Shown here piece after piece: positions 8,580 through 18,832 of a stretch of DNA of 64,000 bases. This DNA comes from Phycisphaerales bacterium (GTDB lineage: Bacteria; Planctomycetota; Phycisphaerae; WQYP01). Made by a program: the position numbers and the translations under genes. The notes under the pieces are model-generated. The model did not search any database. It was not told where the DNA came from and worked only from the letters and a program-made list of their open reading frames with translations. Each line of letters starts with the position of its first letter. Positions within the stretch are counted from its first letter, which is position 1. The stretch covers positions 1 to 64,000 of the forward strand of contig DAIDJN010000034.1 in assembly GCA_027451365.1 (NCBI GenBank). The letters run 5' to 3'.

Positions 8580-9086
8580 TTATGCCACAGCCTGCACCGC
8601 CCGAGGTGCCAAGGCTGCATCCAGGCCTTCGCTCCAGCGGTTCCGCCAGTGCGAAACGGCCGGTGCCGCGGCGTGCGCCGATACCTGCGCGGGCGATGGT
8701 TCCGCCGGAACAGGTCGCAATTGCAGGCCGCGACGAGAATGTTTGTTGATCACAATCGGCTCGTCGATATTCACCACCAGGTAATCGCCCGACTGTTCCA
8801 GGGCCAGGTAGGCGTGAAGTTCTCCATTTCGGCTGGTCCGCATAAGCTCAAGAATCTGACGGCTGGTGGGCAGTTTGAATCCTGGAACGCAGGCCGCGGG
8901 GTCCACCAGCCGCAGCGCAAACGCTCCATCGTCCACGCTTTGCAGCCAGATGGCGGCATCGGCGGAATGAAGTTCCAGTAAAATAAAGCGGCCTGTTGGC
9001 GCGGCATCATTGGCCAGACCGGCGATGTGGATGATCTGGTCGTCCATCAGTTCCAGCGGACCGAAGCGTGTCGTGTTAATAACCAT
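8580..9086 (-). CDS. fliW: Flagellar assembly factor FliW-like (CsrA antagonist), divergent
   Basis: MVINTTRFG, WLQSVDD...LVDP and NIDEPIVIN motifs; immediately upstream of csrA. Confidence 0.82.
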   Translation of the reverse strand: MVINTTRFGPLELMDDQIIHIAGLANDAAPTGRFILLELHSADAAIWLQSVDDGAFALRLVDPAACVPGFKLPTSRQILELMRTSRNGELHAYLALEQSGDYLVVNIDEPIVINKHSRRGLQLRPVPAEPSPAQVSAHAAAPAVSHWRNRWSEGLDAALAPRAVQAVA

Positions 9087-9439
9087 GTGCTGAACTCCAT
9101 ATTCCTGAAAACCAAACCAACCCGTTTTTCGCGACCGATAAGAATCCAAGTCACGTTCCATTTTTAAGGCAATTAGATGGCCGGTGGGCTATCGGAAGCA
9201 TCACCAACTTATTATTCGTGCAAACGGACAGGGTAAGTCCAATAAAAGCGGCTGATAAGTCAAATATTCGTCTTAACGAATAAAAACAGACTTTTCGTGA
9301 ACTGTTACGCGCGGCAGGCGGCTTTTGGCGGCACCGCATTCCCATTATGGAGACGCCAAATGTGGTAATCCCGGCTACATAATGCTATGGTTAACGCAAG
9401 GACACTATCCGAATGAAAGAAGTTTCAGGAGAAAGTTCC

Positions 9440-10228
9440 ATGGCATACTCTAAAATCAGCATTTTGGGGCTGTTGAGCATAATGGCAGTTGGCTTAGCAT
9501 TTGGCGGCGCTTCGGCGGCTGTAAAAGTCGGAGACCGCGTACAGGTCGGCTGGCAGACCGTAGGTGGTGGCCGTGTTACAGCCCGCATGTTGAAGGGTCA
9601 TTTACTGGTGGTGGATTTCTGGGCCACCTGGTGCCATCCGTGCATGATGGAAGTGCCGAACGTTGTGAAGGACTATAAAACCTTTTCGCCGCAGGGAGTC
9701 GGGTTTCTTGGCATCAGTCTCGATGACGATGTCACACAAATGGCTGCGGTGGCAAAGCAAAAGGGAATAGTCTGGCCACAGGTTTGCAGCGGCGCGGACT
9801 GGCATGATCCCACGGCAACAGCATGGGGTGTCCGAGGAATTCCGGATACGTTTATTCTAAGTTCGCACCGCAAAGTTCTGTGGGTCGGCTATCCGTCGAA
9901 TTTGGGCAATGCGCTAAAGATGGAACTCAAGACCCATCCGACACTTGTAATGTTGACGCGGCAATCGAAAAAATTAATCGCTTCAGCTACCACTCTGGTT
10001 CGGGACAGTCAGGACGTGGATGGGGCGATTGGCAAAATCAGCAAAATCAGTCCAAAGGTTACGCGCAACAGAAGCTTTCGGCACCCGATCCGCATGCTTC
10101 TTATGGCGATCCGAAAACAGGGAAACACAGCCGTCCGCAAGGTCCGAGCCAGTCACACCGCAATGACGAATCTGGCGAGACTTGTCGGAATGGGCCGCGT
10201 GCAAACCTGGCTTGGACCGATCCATTAA
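9440..10228 (+). CDS. Exported TlpA/ResA-like thioredoxin-fold protein with a helical C-terminal extension
   Basis: Signal peptide, VDFWATWCHPC, GISLD and WGVRGIP. Confidence 0.88.
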   Translation: MAYSKISILGLLSIMAVGLAFGGASAAVKVGDRVQVGWQTVGGGRVTARMLKGHLLVVDFWATWCHPCMMEVPNVVKDYKTFSPQGVGFLGISLDDDVTQMAAVAKQKGIVWPQVCSGADWHDPTATAWGVRGIPDTFILSSHRKVLWVGYPSNLGNALKMELKTHPTLVMLTRQSKKLIASATTLVRDSQDVDGAIGKISKISPKVTRNRSFRHPIRMLLMAIRKQGNTAVRKVRASHTAMTNLARLVGMGRVQTWLGPIH

Positions 10229-10347
10229 TTGGCCCCGATTATGCGACTCCGTACGGGTGTCAAAATCCGGGGTTAAATTTGCGGCGCGGCTGTTGAGTAA
10301 GGACAGACATTCAGCTCAATATTTCGCAAAAATAAATCTGTGAATTA

Positions 10348-10376
10348 TTGACTTATCTCGTGCGATAAATTAACCT
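10348..10376 (+). promoter_or_regulatory. Putative sigma70 promoter of the rpmF-plsX-fab operon
   Basis: TTGACT-N17-TAACCT. Confidence 0.55.
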
Positions 10377-10570
10377 GTCCAATTCGACTTTTCGCAAACT
10401 GAATCTCGATTCAATTCGAGATTCAGTCCGAAGGGGCGAACAACGGATGGCTCGTATATGACCAAGCAGCCTCCGCGTGATTGATACGGATGATACCTGG
10501 TATATGCCCATCGCAGCGGCGGAATACCGGTGAGGAATAAAGTTTTAATTCTGCGAATGGAGCGACTTTT

Positions 10571-10756
10571 ATGTTACCCGTGGCAAGAACCAGCAAATCC
10601 CGCAAAGGAATGCGCCGCGCCCATCACGCCCTGACCGGCGTATCGACGGTCCGTTGCCCGCGCTGCAATCAGCCGAAACTTCCGCACCGCCTGTGCGGCG
10701 AATGCGGATATCTGAATCGCAGCCTTTCACTGGCCACTGCCGCGGAAAAGGCCTGA
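10571..10756 (+). CDS. rpmF: 50S ribosomal protein L32
   Basis: TSKSRKGMRRAH, CPRC...PHRLCGECGY; upstream of plsX. Confidence 0.96.
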   Translation: MLPVARTSKSRKGMRRAHHALTGVSTVRCPRCNQPKLPHRLCGECGYLNRSLSLATAAEKA

Positions 10757-10864
10757 TTTTTATGGGCGCACCGTGCAGCTGCCGCTGCGTCCGGGTGTTT
10801 CTGAATACTCCTGTGCGGGGGTTCGGATTGAATTTTCTGTTTCTCTTTCAGGGCATTTGATTCG

Positions 10865-11863
10865 ATGCGCATCGCCATTGATGCCATGGGCGGAGACCAC
10901 GCGCCGGAGAATATCCTCCAAGGAGCGTTGGATTCTCTTGATCTCTTGGACTCAAACGACGAATTGATTCTGGTTGGCAGGCAAGAGGTAATTGACCCTC
11001 GGCTTCCACCGACAGCCAGCAGCGGCGCGACCGTGCGGGTTTTGCACGCCTCCGACGTCATCGCCATGGATGAATCCCCAGTGGATGCCGTGCGAAAAAA
11101 ACGTGATAGTTCCATTGTGAAAATGGTCAAGCTGGCGGCGGGTGGCGGAGCTGACGCAATTATTTCCGCCGGCAATACCGGCGCTCTGGTCGCCGCGGGC
11201 GTGCTTATGTTAAAAGGGCTGCCGGGCGTGGAAAGGCCGGGTATTGCCTGCACGGTGCCCACGCCGCATGGAGTTTTCATGCTGTGCGACGCCGGTGCCA
11301 ACGTCACGCCGAAACCGGCTCATCTGCATCAATATGCCGTTCTGGCCAGTGTGTATATGCAGGCACTGCACCATATCGATAATCCGCGTGTGGGACTGCT
11401 GAATGTCGGAACTGAAGAGGAAAAAGGCACGCCGCTGGTAAAGGAAGCTCGCGTGCTGCTAGATAATGACAAATCCCTTAATTTTGTGGGATTTGTGGAG
11501 GGGCGGGACCTGTTCAAAGGCGTGTGTGATGTCGCCGTGACCGACGGTTTTACCGGCAATATCATGCTTAAGGTGATGGAAGGCATGAACATTTCGTTCA
11601 TGACAATGCTGCAGGATGCGGCGCGTGAACAAAGTGCCACCGCCTTGGCGGACCTTAAGCCAGTCCTTTCATGTGTTTCCAAACGCTATGACCATGAAGA
11701 ATATGGTGGCGCACTGCTGCTGGGCGTTGCGGGCCTGTTTTTCAAGGTACATGGTTCGGCCGGCCCGCGGGCCATTCGTAATGCCGTCCGTTCGGCAAAA
11801 GAAGCCTCGCGGCTGGATGTCAATACACGCATTGTGCAGCGCCTCGCCCCGGCGATCGCCTGA
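10865..11863 (+). CDS. plsX: Phosphate acyltransferase PlsX
   Basis: MRIAIDAMGGDHAP, SAGNTGA, DAGAN and DGFTGN. Confidence 0.97.
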   Translation: MRIAIDAMGGDHAPENILQGALDSLDLLDSNDELILVGRQEVIDPRLPPTASSGATVRVLHASDVIAMDESPVDAVRKKRDSSIVKMVKLAAGGGADAIISAGNTGALVAAGVLMLKGLPGVERPGIACTVPTPHGVFMLCDAGANVTPKPAHLHQYAVLASVYMQALHHIDNPRVGLLNVGTEEEKGTPLVKEARVLLDNDKSLNFVGFVEGRDLFKGVCDVAVTDGFTGNIMLKVMEGMNISFMTMLQDAAREQSATALADLKPVLSCVSKRYDHEEYGGALLLGVAGLFFKVHGSAGPRAIRNAVRSAKEASRLDVNTRIVQRLAPAIA

Positions 11864-11988
11864 CCGGTGGCGGAATTGAGTTAATCGTGGTAGGGTTCTG
11901 CAACCGCGGCGGCGGTTTTAGTCCGCGAAAATCGACCTGACCCATCGGGCCGATGGCGGCGGAACCCTGAAGAGGAGAAAATGCGGAC

Positions 11989-12981
11989 ATGCCTCGATTT
12001 GGCACCATCATTTCCGGCACCGGAAGTTACGTTCCGGAAAAGCGCCTGACCAATCAGGACCTGGAAAAACTCGTTGAAACCAGTAATGATTGGATCGTAC
12101 AACGCACCGGCATTCGCGAGCGGCGGATTGCCAGTCCGGATCAGGCTTCGTCCGATCTGGCATATGAGGCCGCCCGGCGGGCGCTGGAGGCCGCAAAACT
12201 TGCCGCCGATGACATTGACCTGATTATTGTCGCCACGCTGACCCCGGATATGCTTACGCCGAGCACCGCCTGCGTATTGCAAACCCGCTTGGACATTAAG
12301 CGGCACATTGGCGCGTTTGATATAAATGCCGCCTGTTCAGGATTTGTGTATGCGCTGGCCACCGCGTCGCAGTTTATTGCAAACGGTGCCTTCAAGCATG
12401 TTCTGGTGGTGGGCGCCGAAACGCTTTCACGCATTGTGGATTACACAGATCGCGGAACCTGCATCTTATTTGGCGATGGCGCCGGCGCGGTGGTCCTTTC
12501 GGCCTGTGACGACCCGGAACGCGGCCTGCGGTCTTTTGAACTCGGGGCCGATGGCAAAGGCGGACCGCTGCTGAATATTCCCGCCGGCGGGTCGCGCCTG
12601 CCGATTCTGCCCGATGTCCTGACCCGCCGCGATCAATATCTGAAAATGAATGGCCGCGAAGTTTATAAATTCGCGGTCACACAGATGACCCACAGTCTGC
12701 AACAGGCAATGCAGGCCTGCTCATTAACCAGCGAACATGTGCGACTTGTCGTCCCCCATCAGGTGAATCAGCGGATTATTGACAGCGCCACAAGCAAGAT
12801 GGGATTCCCCGCGGAAAAAGTTTACATCAATATTGACCGCTACGGCAATACCTCCGGGGCGTCGGTGCCCATTGCGCTGGATGAAGCCATGCGCGGCGGA
12901 CGTTGCGGTGCTGGCGACTGGATTATTATGGTGGCTTTCGGCGCGGGCCTTACCTGGGCCTCGGCCACCATGCGGCTGTAA
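11989..12981 (+). CDS. fabH: Beta-ketoacyl-ACP synthase III
   Basis: AACSGF, LFGDGAGA, PHQVN and YGNTS. Confidence 0.96.
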   Translation: MPRFGTIISGTGSYVPEKRLTNQDLEKLVETSNDWIVQRTGIRERRIASPDQASSDLAYEAARRALEAAKLAADDIDLIIVATLTPDMLTPSTACVLQTRLDIKRHIGAFDINAACSGFVYALATASQFIANGAFKHVLVVGAETLSRIVDYTDRGTCILFGDGAGAVVLSACDDPERGLRSFELGADGKGGPLLNIPAGGSRLPILPDVLTRRDQYLKMNGREVYKFAVTQMTHSLQQAMQACSLTSEHVRLVVPHQVNQRIIDSATSKMGFPAEKVYINIDRYGNTSGASVPIALDEAMRGGRCGAGDWIIMVAFGAGLTWASATMRL

Positions 12982-13088
12982 GAATGCCGGAGTCGCGCCA
13001 GGTGGTTGAGCCACGCCGAGATTCCACGGTGAACGGATTTTGTTTTGACAAAAACACTGACAAGCCAGTGACCGCAGCAGGATTTTTT

Positions 13089-14036
13089 ATGCAGCAGGCA
13101 ATTTTATGTCCGGGACAGGGTGCCCAGCACGTGGGCATGGGAAAGGATTTTTTTGAATCCCACCAGGCGGCGCGCGATGTCTACGCCCTGGCGGATGAAA
13201 TTCTGGGCTTCCCGCTTTCCACGCTTTGTTTTCAGGGACCCGACGCCCGGCTGCAGCAGACCGATCACGCCCAGGTCGGCATTTTTGTGACCACTGTCGC
13301 TATTTATCAATCGCTTAAGGCGGCTGGCAAACTGCCCGACGCCGTCGGTGCGGCGGCCGGCCTTTCACTTGGCGAATACTCAGCCCTGTATATAGCCGGT
13401 GCAATCGCCTTGCCCGACGCGATTCGTCTGGTGCGGGCGCGTGGCGAATTAATGCAGGCCGCGGCGGTTGCCCAGCCCAGCACAATGCTGGCCCTGGTAG
13501 GTGCAGATGAAACGCAGGCGGCGGAAATATGCCACCAGGCTGCGGGACACGGTATTGTCGTGATGGCCAATTTCAATGCCCCGGGGCAGATTGTACTTTC
13601 CGGCGGCGTTGAAGCCTGCGCCCAGGCGGCAAAAGTCGCCCAGGCTATGGGCGTGCGCAGTGTGCCGTTGAATGTGGCCGGAGCGTTCCATTCGCCATTC
13701 ATGCGCCCCGCCGCTGATAAAATGCGGGAAATTCTCGCCGGTGTGCCGCTGGTCATGCCGCACATAGCGGTGATCAGCAATGTCACGGCCAGGCCGCATG
13801 AATCCGTGGAAACAATGCGGGAATTGCTCGTGGAACAGATTGTGGCTCCTGTCCGGTGGAATCAGAGCATGGACTACCTGCGGCAACAGGGCACGCAGCA
13901 GTACCTGGAACTTGGTCCGGGGCGTGTCCTGACCGGCCTGATGAAAAAAATTGATCGCCGCGCCCCGATTACCAATATGTCATCCGCGGACGCGCTGGCC
14001 GCGCCGGTTTCCACGCCGTCGGCGGCAAATGAGTAA
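13089..14036 (+). CDS. fabD: Malonyl-CoA:ACP transacylase
   Basis: PGQGAQ, GLSLGEY and GAFHS. Confidence 0.96.
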   Translation: MQQAILCPGQGAQHVGMGKDFFESHQAARDVYALADEILGFPLSTLCFQGPDARLQQTDHAQVGIFVTTVAIYQSLKAAGKLPDAVGAAAGLSLGEYSALYIAGAIALPDAIRLVRARGELMQAAAVAQPSTMLALVGADETQAAEICHQAAGHGIVVMANFNAPGQIVLSGGVEACAQAAKVAQAMGVRSVPLNVAGAFHSPFMRPAADKMREILAGVPLVMPHIAVISNVTARPHESVETMRELLVEQIVAPVRWNQSMDYLRQQGTQQYLELGPGRVLTGLMKKIDRRAPITNMSSADALAAPVSTPSAANE

Positions 14037-14056
14037 AACCGAATGGAGTTCCCCTC

Positions 14057-14803
14057 ATGGCTGAAATGAATACCAAACGTGTCGCATATGTCACGGGAGG
14101 GTCGCGCGGCATTGGCGAGGCCATTGTCCGCTCCTTGGCCGCCAGCGGTCACCATGTGGTGGCCGTGGCGCGCAACGCCGACAAGCTCGGCACACTGTGT
14201 GCCGAACTGACATCACTTGGCCAATCGATCGAGCCGGCGACGGTGGATATTGGCGATTCCGCCGCACTTACCGCATCCATTGAGGCGGTCGTTGAAAAGC
14301 ACGGACGGCTGGATGTGCTGGTGAACAACGCCGGCATTACGCGCGACGGGCTTTTCATGCGAATGGATGACAAGGATTTTGATGATGTCATCAACACCAA
14401 CCTGCGGGCGGCGTTCGTCGCCTGCCGTGCGGTCAGCCGTTCTATGGTCCGCGCCCGCTGGGGTCGCATTATCAATATCGCATCGGTATCAGGAATTATC
14501 GGCAATGCCGGCCAGGTAAATTATTCGGCTTCCAAGGCGGGTCTTATCGGCATGACCAAATCCATCGCGCGCGAGCTGGCCGGCAAACAGATAACGGCCA
14601 ACTGCGTGGCACCCGGCTTTACCACCACGGATATGACCGAAGTGCTGCCGGCTCCGATTAAGGATAAAGTGAAAGAAATAATTCCACTGCGCCGTTTTGG
14701 CACACCAGCCGAAGTTGCCGCAGTCGTCGGCTTTCTGGCGGGAGATTCCGCGGCGTATATGACCGGCCAGGTCCTGGCGGTGGATGGCGGCATGAGCATG
14801 TAA
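14057..14803 (+). CDS. fabG: 3-oxoacyl-ACP reductase
   Basis: TGGSRGIG, NNAGITRD and YSASK. Confidence 0.96.
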   Translation: MAEMNTKRVAYVTGGSRGIGEAIVRSLAASGHHVVAVARNADKLGTLCAELTSLGQSIEPATVDIGDSAALTASIEAVVEKHGRLDVLVNNAGITRDGLFMRMDDKDFDDVINTNLRAAFVACRAVSRSMVRARWGRIINIASVSGIIGNAGQVNYSASKAGLIGMTKSIARELAGKQITANCVAPGFTTTDMTEVLPAPIKDKVKEIIPLRRFGTPAEVAAVVGFLAGDSAAYMTGQVLAVDGGMSM

Positions 14804-15026
14804 ATTTAACGGGAAGCCCGAGCACAAGTTGGCATTTGAAAAGGAACTGGATGTAATTGGGCTTTTTGCGAATTTTATGGCGACTCCGGATGGGCCGCGG
14901 AAAAAGCGATTAGGAACAGGTGGCAGCGTTGCCAAGTGGACCGACTTACGCTAATCTTAGCATTCTGATAAATGCACGGGTGATGATAGTTTTTTGAATA
15001 AAACCCTTTTTATGGAGGCCTTTGGC

Positions 15027-15293
15027 ATGGCTGAATTGGATACACAGATTGAAACCAAGGTTATCGACATCGTAGCCGAGCAAATGGGCGTGGACAAAGC
15101 CGAGATCACCCGTGAGACCAGCTTCGTCAATGACCTGAACGCGGACAGTCTGGATACAGTCGAACTGGTGATGGAATTCGAAGACGAATTCGAAATGTCC
15201 ATTCCCGATGAGGAAGCGGAGAAAATTCAGACCGTTGGCCAGGCCATCGATTACATCAAGACGATCGCCGCCAAAGTCAAGCCGCCACAGTAA
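15027..15293 (+). CDS. acpP: Acyl carrier protein
   Basis: [27 protein letters not shown] before ATG 15027. Confidence 0.97.
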   Translation: MAELDTQIETKVIDIVAEQMGVDKAEITRETSFVNDLNADSLDTVELVMEFEDEFEMSIPDEEAEKIQTVGQAIDYIKTIAAKVKPPQ

Positions 15294-15308
15294 GGGCTTA
15301 GCGGCCGC

Positions 15309-15327
15309 GGGCCGTTTACGGCTTTTT
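15309..15327 (+). terminator. Putative intrinsic terminator/attenuator between acpP and fabF
   Basis: GGGCCG-TTTA-CGGCTT hairpin running into a T tract. Confidence 0.5.
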
Positions 15328-15395
15328 ATCCCGTCTGGCTTTCCCGCCGACAGTCTCTGTCCGGTGTCGTAGCGCTATGGAGTGCGTATCCCACA

Positions 15396-16640
15396 ATGTC
15401 AAAGCGAAGAGTTGTTATCACGGGTTTGGGTGTTGTAACCCCTCTTGGTGAGGACCTGAACCTGTTCTGGCCGCGCCTGTTGGCCGGGAATTGTGGGATT
15501 CGCAAAATCACCCGGTTTGATTGCAGCACGTACCCAGTGCGAATCGCCGGGGAAATTCAACACGCCGATTTTCAGCCCGAAAAAACAATTGCGCCAAAGG
15601 AAATCAAGCGCATGGACCGCTTCAGCGTCTATGGCCTGGCCGCGGGCATTCACGCGGTGAGCGATGCCGGGTTGGACTTTTCCAAAATGGACACCGACCG
15701 CGCTGGCGTGATTGTCGGCTCGGGCATTGGCGGCATAGAGGAAATGGAACAGCAATATGACCGGATGCTGGCCAAAGGCGTCGACCGTGTATCGCCATTT
15801 ACGGTTCCGCGACTGATGGTGAATGCCGCCGCGGGGAACCTTTCCATTCAATGGAGATTGCGCGGACCGGTATCCGCCACCGCCACGGCATGTGCCACCT
15901 CGGGCAATGCAATTGCCGATGCGTTTCGCACGATTCAATACGGCGATGCTGACGTGATGCTTGCCGGCGGAGCCGAAGCGGCGATTACCAAACTTGGGGT
16001 AGCCGCGTTTTGTGCGCTGCGTGCCTTATCAACCCGCAATGATGAACCGCTTAAGGCCAGTCGCCCGTTTGAAAAAGACCGGCATGGCTTTGTCATGTCC
16101 GAAGGTGCCGGCGTGGTGGTGCTGGAAGAATATGAGTTTGCCAAGGCCCGCGGCGCACGCATTTACGCCGAACTGTTAGCCTGTGGTGCCACGGGTGATG
16201 GCTGCCATATCACCGCACCCGACGAAAACGGCGCCGGAGCCGCCAAAGCCATGTTCAAAGCCCTGCGCGAAGCCAATATTCAGCCGGAACAAATCGGCTA
16301 CATCAACGCCCATGGCACCAGCACCGAACTTGGTGACCTGGCTGAAACCAAGGCTGTTCACCAGGTCTTCGGTTCGTTTGCCAAGAAACTCCAGATCAGC
16401 TCCACCAAAGGAGCCTTGGGCCACAGCCTGGGCGCTTCCGGCGGAATTGAACTGGCGATTACCTGCCTGGCCCTGCAACGCGGTGAATTGCCCCCGACAA
16501 TTAATTACGATACACCCGATGAACTCTGTGATCTGGATTACATTCCCAACACCGCGCGAAGCGCCTCCATTCAACACGCCATGAGCAACAGCTTTGGCTT
16601 TGGCGGACATAACACCAGTATTCTGATAGGCAAAATCTGA
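15396..16640 (+). CDS. fabF: Beta-ketoacyl-ACP synthase II
   Basis: TACAT, NAHGTST, GHSLGA and NSFGFGGHN. Confidence 0.97.
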   Translation: MSKRRVVITGLGVVTPLGEDLNLFWPRLLAGNCGIRKITRFDCSTYPVRIAGEIQHADFQPEKTIAPKEIKRMDRFSVYGLAAGIHAVSDAGLDFSKMDTDRAGVIVGSGIGGIEEMEQQYDRMLAKGVDRVSPFTVPRLMVNAAAGNLSIQWRLRGPVSATATACATSGNAIADAFRTIQYGDADVMLAGGAEAAITKLGVAAFCALRALSTRNDEPLKASRPFEKDRHGFVMSEGAGVVVLEEYEFAKARGARIYAELLACGATGDGCHITAPDENGAGAAKAMFKALREANIQPEQIGYINAHGTSTELGDLAETKAVHQVFGSFAKKLQISSTKGALGHSLGASGGIELAITCLALQRGELPPTINYDTPDELCDLDYIPNTARSASIQHAMSNSFGFGGHNTSILIGKI

Positions 16641-16821
16641 ACTGGCGTTCGCCCTGACGCCCGTGCGATGCGCCACTCCGGAATATTCGCTGTCGCGGGT
16701 CATCTGCCTGCCGCCGACTTTCTTTCCAGCTTCTTGATAATTGTGGCCGCTGCGCGTTTAATCAACGGGTTGCCAGACGGCCAACCGCCCAACGCATGGC
16801 CATGAAAGGAAACCCGATACT

Positions 16822-18156
16822 ATGCCCGCACTGCCAGTATTGTATACCAATCGCCCATCGGATCAGCCCGGAATTTTAGCGCTGCGTCAAAAGCTGTCGC
16901 TGGATGCGCTTTTAATGGCCGGAATTGGCGATCAAAATTCGGATGGACCGGCGGCCACGGTCCGACGGATTATCGGCGATGTTCATAAGCGCGGCGACGC
17001 CGCCTTGATTGAATTTACCCGCCAGTTTGATGGTGTGGATTTAGGCGGCCGTCCATTGCGCGTCAGCCCGGAAGAAATTGCCCGCGCCGCGACCACCGCA
17101 AGACCGGACTTCGTATCCGCACTGGATGCGGCTATCGCCAATGTCCGCCATTACCAGCAGGCGATGCTTCCGGCGCCCCCACATGATCTGCGGCCCGCCG
17201 GTGGCGGCGAAACCGCCCGGTTGGCCGTACACTACGAACCGCTGGCCCGCGTGGGAGTATATGTTCCGGGTGGCGCTGGCGCGTATCCTTCCAGCGTGGT
17301 AATGACCGTGGCACCGGCCCAGGCGGCGGGCGTTAAAAGCATTGCCATCTGCAGCCCCATGCGCGGCGGCGCTGTGTCACCTGCGGTTCTGACCGCGGCC
17401 CAGCGGCTGGGGATTGATGAAATTTATGGCATCGGCGGAGCGCAGGCGATTGCGGCGATGGCCATTGGAACCCAAAGCATTCCAAAGGTGGACAAAATTG
17501 TCGGGCCGGGAAACAGCTATGTGCAACTGGCAAAAAAGGAACTTTTTGGTGTGGTGGATATCGACAGTTTCGCCGGTCCGAGTGAAGTGATCGTTCTGGC
17601 CGACGATTCGGCCTCGGCCAGAATGATTGCCGCGGAACTCCTGGCGCAGGCGGAACATGCTCCGGGAAGCTGTCTTCTGATGACCGCCAGCGAAAGGCTC
17701 GCGGGCGAGGTGCAGGCCGAGTTGGACCGGCAGATTCCGCAGCTTGGCCGCCGCGAATTAACACTTCAGGCGCTGCAATTTGCCAGCGCTATAATCGTCA
17801 CACCCCGCCATTCGGAAGCGATTGATCTGGTCAACGCGTTTGCGCCGGAGCATTTGCAGATTACCACCCGAAACAGCCGGGCTGATGCGGAAAAAATCGT
17901 CAACGCGGGAGGTATATTTATTGGTGCCCATACGCCGGTCGCCGCAGGAGATTATCTGGCGGGTCCTTCGCATGTGCTGCCGACGTCCGGCACGGCACGC
18001 TTTTTCAGCGGGCTTTCAGCTGAAAGTTTCCGCAAACGTATAAGCATTGTTGAATATGACGCCGCCGCGCTGGCCCATGTCGCGGCAAACATAAAAGTTC
18101 TGGCGCACACCGAAGGATTTGATGCGCACGCCCGGTCGGTTCAATGCCGGGAATAA
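16822..18156 (+). CDS. hisD: Histidinol dehydrogenase
   Basis: YVPGG..YPSSV, GPGNSYV, AGPSE, QAEH, PEHL and GPSHVLPT. Confidence 0.96.
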   Translation: MPALPVLYTNRPSDQPGILALRQKLSLDALLMAGIGDQNSDGPAATVRRIIGDVHKRGDAALIEFTRQFDGVDLGGRPLRVSPEEIARAATTARPDFVSALDAAIANVRHYQQAMLPAPPHDLRPAGGGETARLAVHYEPLARVGVYVPGGAGAYPSSVVMTVAPAQAAGVKSIAICSPMRGGAVSPAVLTAAQRLGIDEIYGIGGAQAIAAMAIGTQSIPKVDKIVGPGNSYVQLAKKELFGVVDIDSFAGPSEVIVLADDSASARMIAAELLAQAEHAPGSCLLMTASERLAGEVQAELDRQIPQLGRRELTLQALQFASAIIVTPRHSEAIDLVNAFAPEHLQITTRNSRADAEKIVNAGGIFIGAHTPVAAGDYLAGPSHVLPTSGTARFFSGLSAESFRKRISIVEYDAAALAHVAANIKVLAHTEGFDAHARSVQCRE

Positions 18157-18246
18157 CGCGTTGCTCGCTGAACTCTTGCCTGCAAAGGGAAAATGTGCGG
18201 CGGGGTTTTGCGATCACGGCAAGTCATGCGGACAGATGCGGCAACA

Positions 18247-18810
18247 TCAACGGGCCGCCGGCGCACCGTGCAGCCCCATAAAAAACTGCGTCATGGCCGC
18301 GTGCATCTGCGGGTTGCCGCGAATAAGACCGTTTGCCATCATTTGCGGCATACGTGAGGCAAAGCCACCGCGGCCTCCGGGGCCATGGCGGCCGCCGGGA
18401 CGGTGCTTGTGCATCATGGCGAAGCGGGCCTTGGTCGCATCAATAATTGCCTGCCGCTGCGCCGGTGTGGCATGGGCAAACGCCAGAAAGAACGCCTCCA
18501 TCTTCACGCGGCGTTTCATGAAAAAGGCATGGCGCTGGGCCGGCGTCATGGCGTGTATTTTGTGCCAGTCAAAATGCCGGCCCGGTCCGCCAAACATTGG
18601 AAATGGCGGTATCTGGCCCTTCTGCGCAAGCAGAATTTTTGTAACCTGTGGCGACATCGCGTCGGCCCGGACGGAGTTCCCCCGCGATCGCATAAACATG
18701 TAGCCATACACAAGAATAATTGCCAGCAGCAGCGCCGCCAGAACGACAGACGATCTGCGTTCACGCCAGATGCCCCGAAGCCTGGTTCCCATGGAGGGTG
18801 TGGTGGTCAT
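18247..18810 (-). CDS. Membrane-anchored helical protein with two TPAQR (LTxxQ-like) motifs
   Basis: GGAG SD before ATG 18810, N-terminal TM segment, MTPAQR and ATPAQR. Confidence 0.7.
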   Translation of the reverse strand: MTTTPSMGTRLRGIWRERRSSVVLAALLLAIILVYGYMFMRSRGNSVRADAMSPQVTKILLAQKGQIPPFPMFGGPGRHFDWHKIHAMTPAQRHAFFMKRRVKMEAFFLAFAHATPAQRQAIIDATKARFAMMHKHRPGGRHGPGGRGGFASRMPQMMANGLIRGNPQMHAAMTQFFMGLHGAPAAR

Positions 18811-18832
18811 GACGGTTCTCCAAAAATCAGAA

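Noticed and set aside
9188..9216. Sigma28 promoter upstream of fliW (TCCGATAG)
   Set aside because: The -10 is plausible, but there is no properly spaced TAAA -35.
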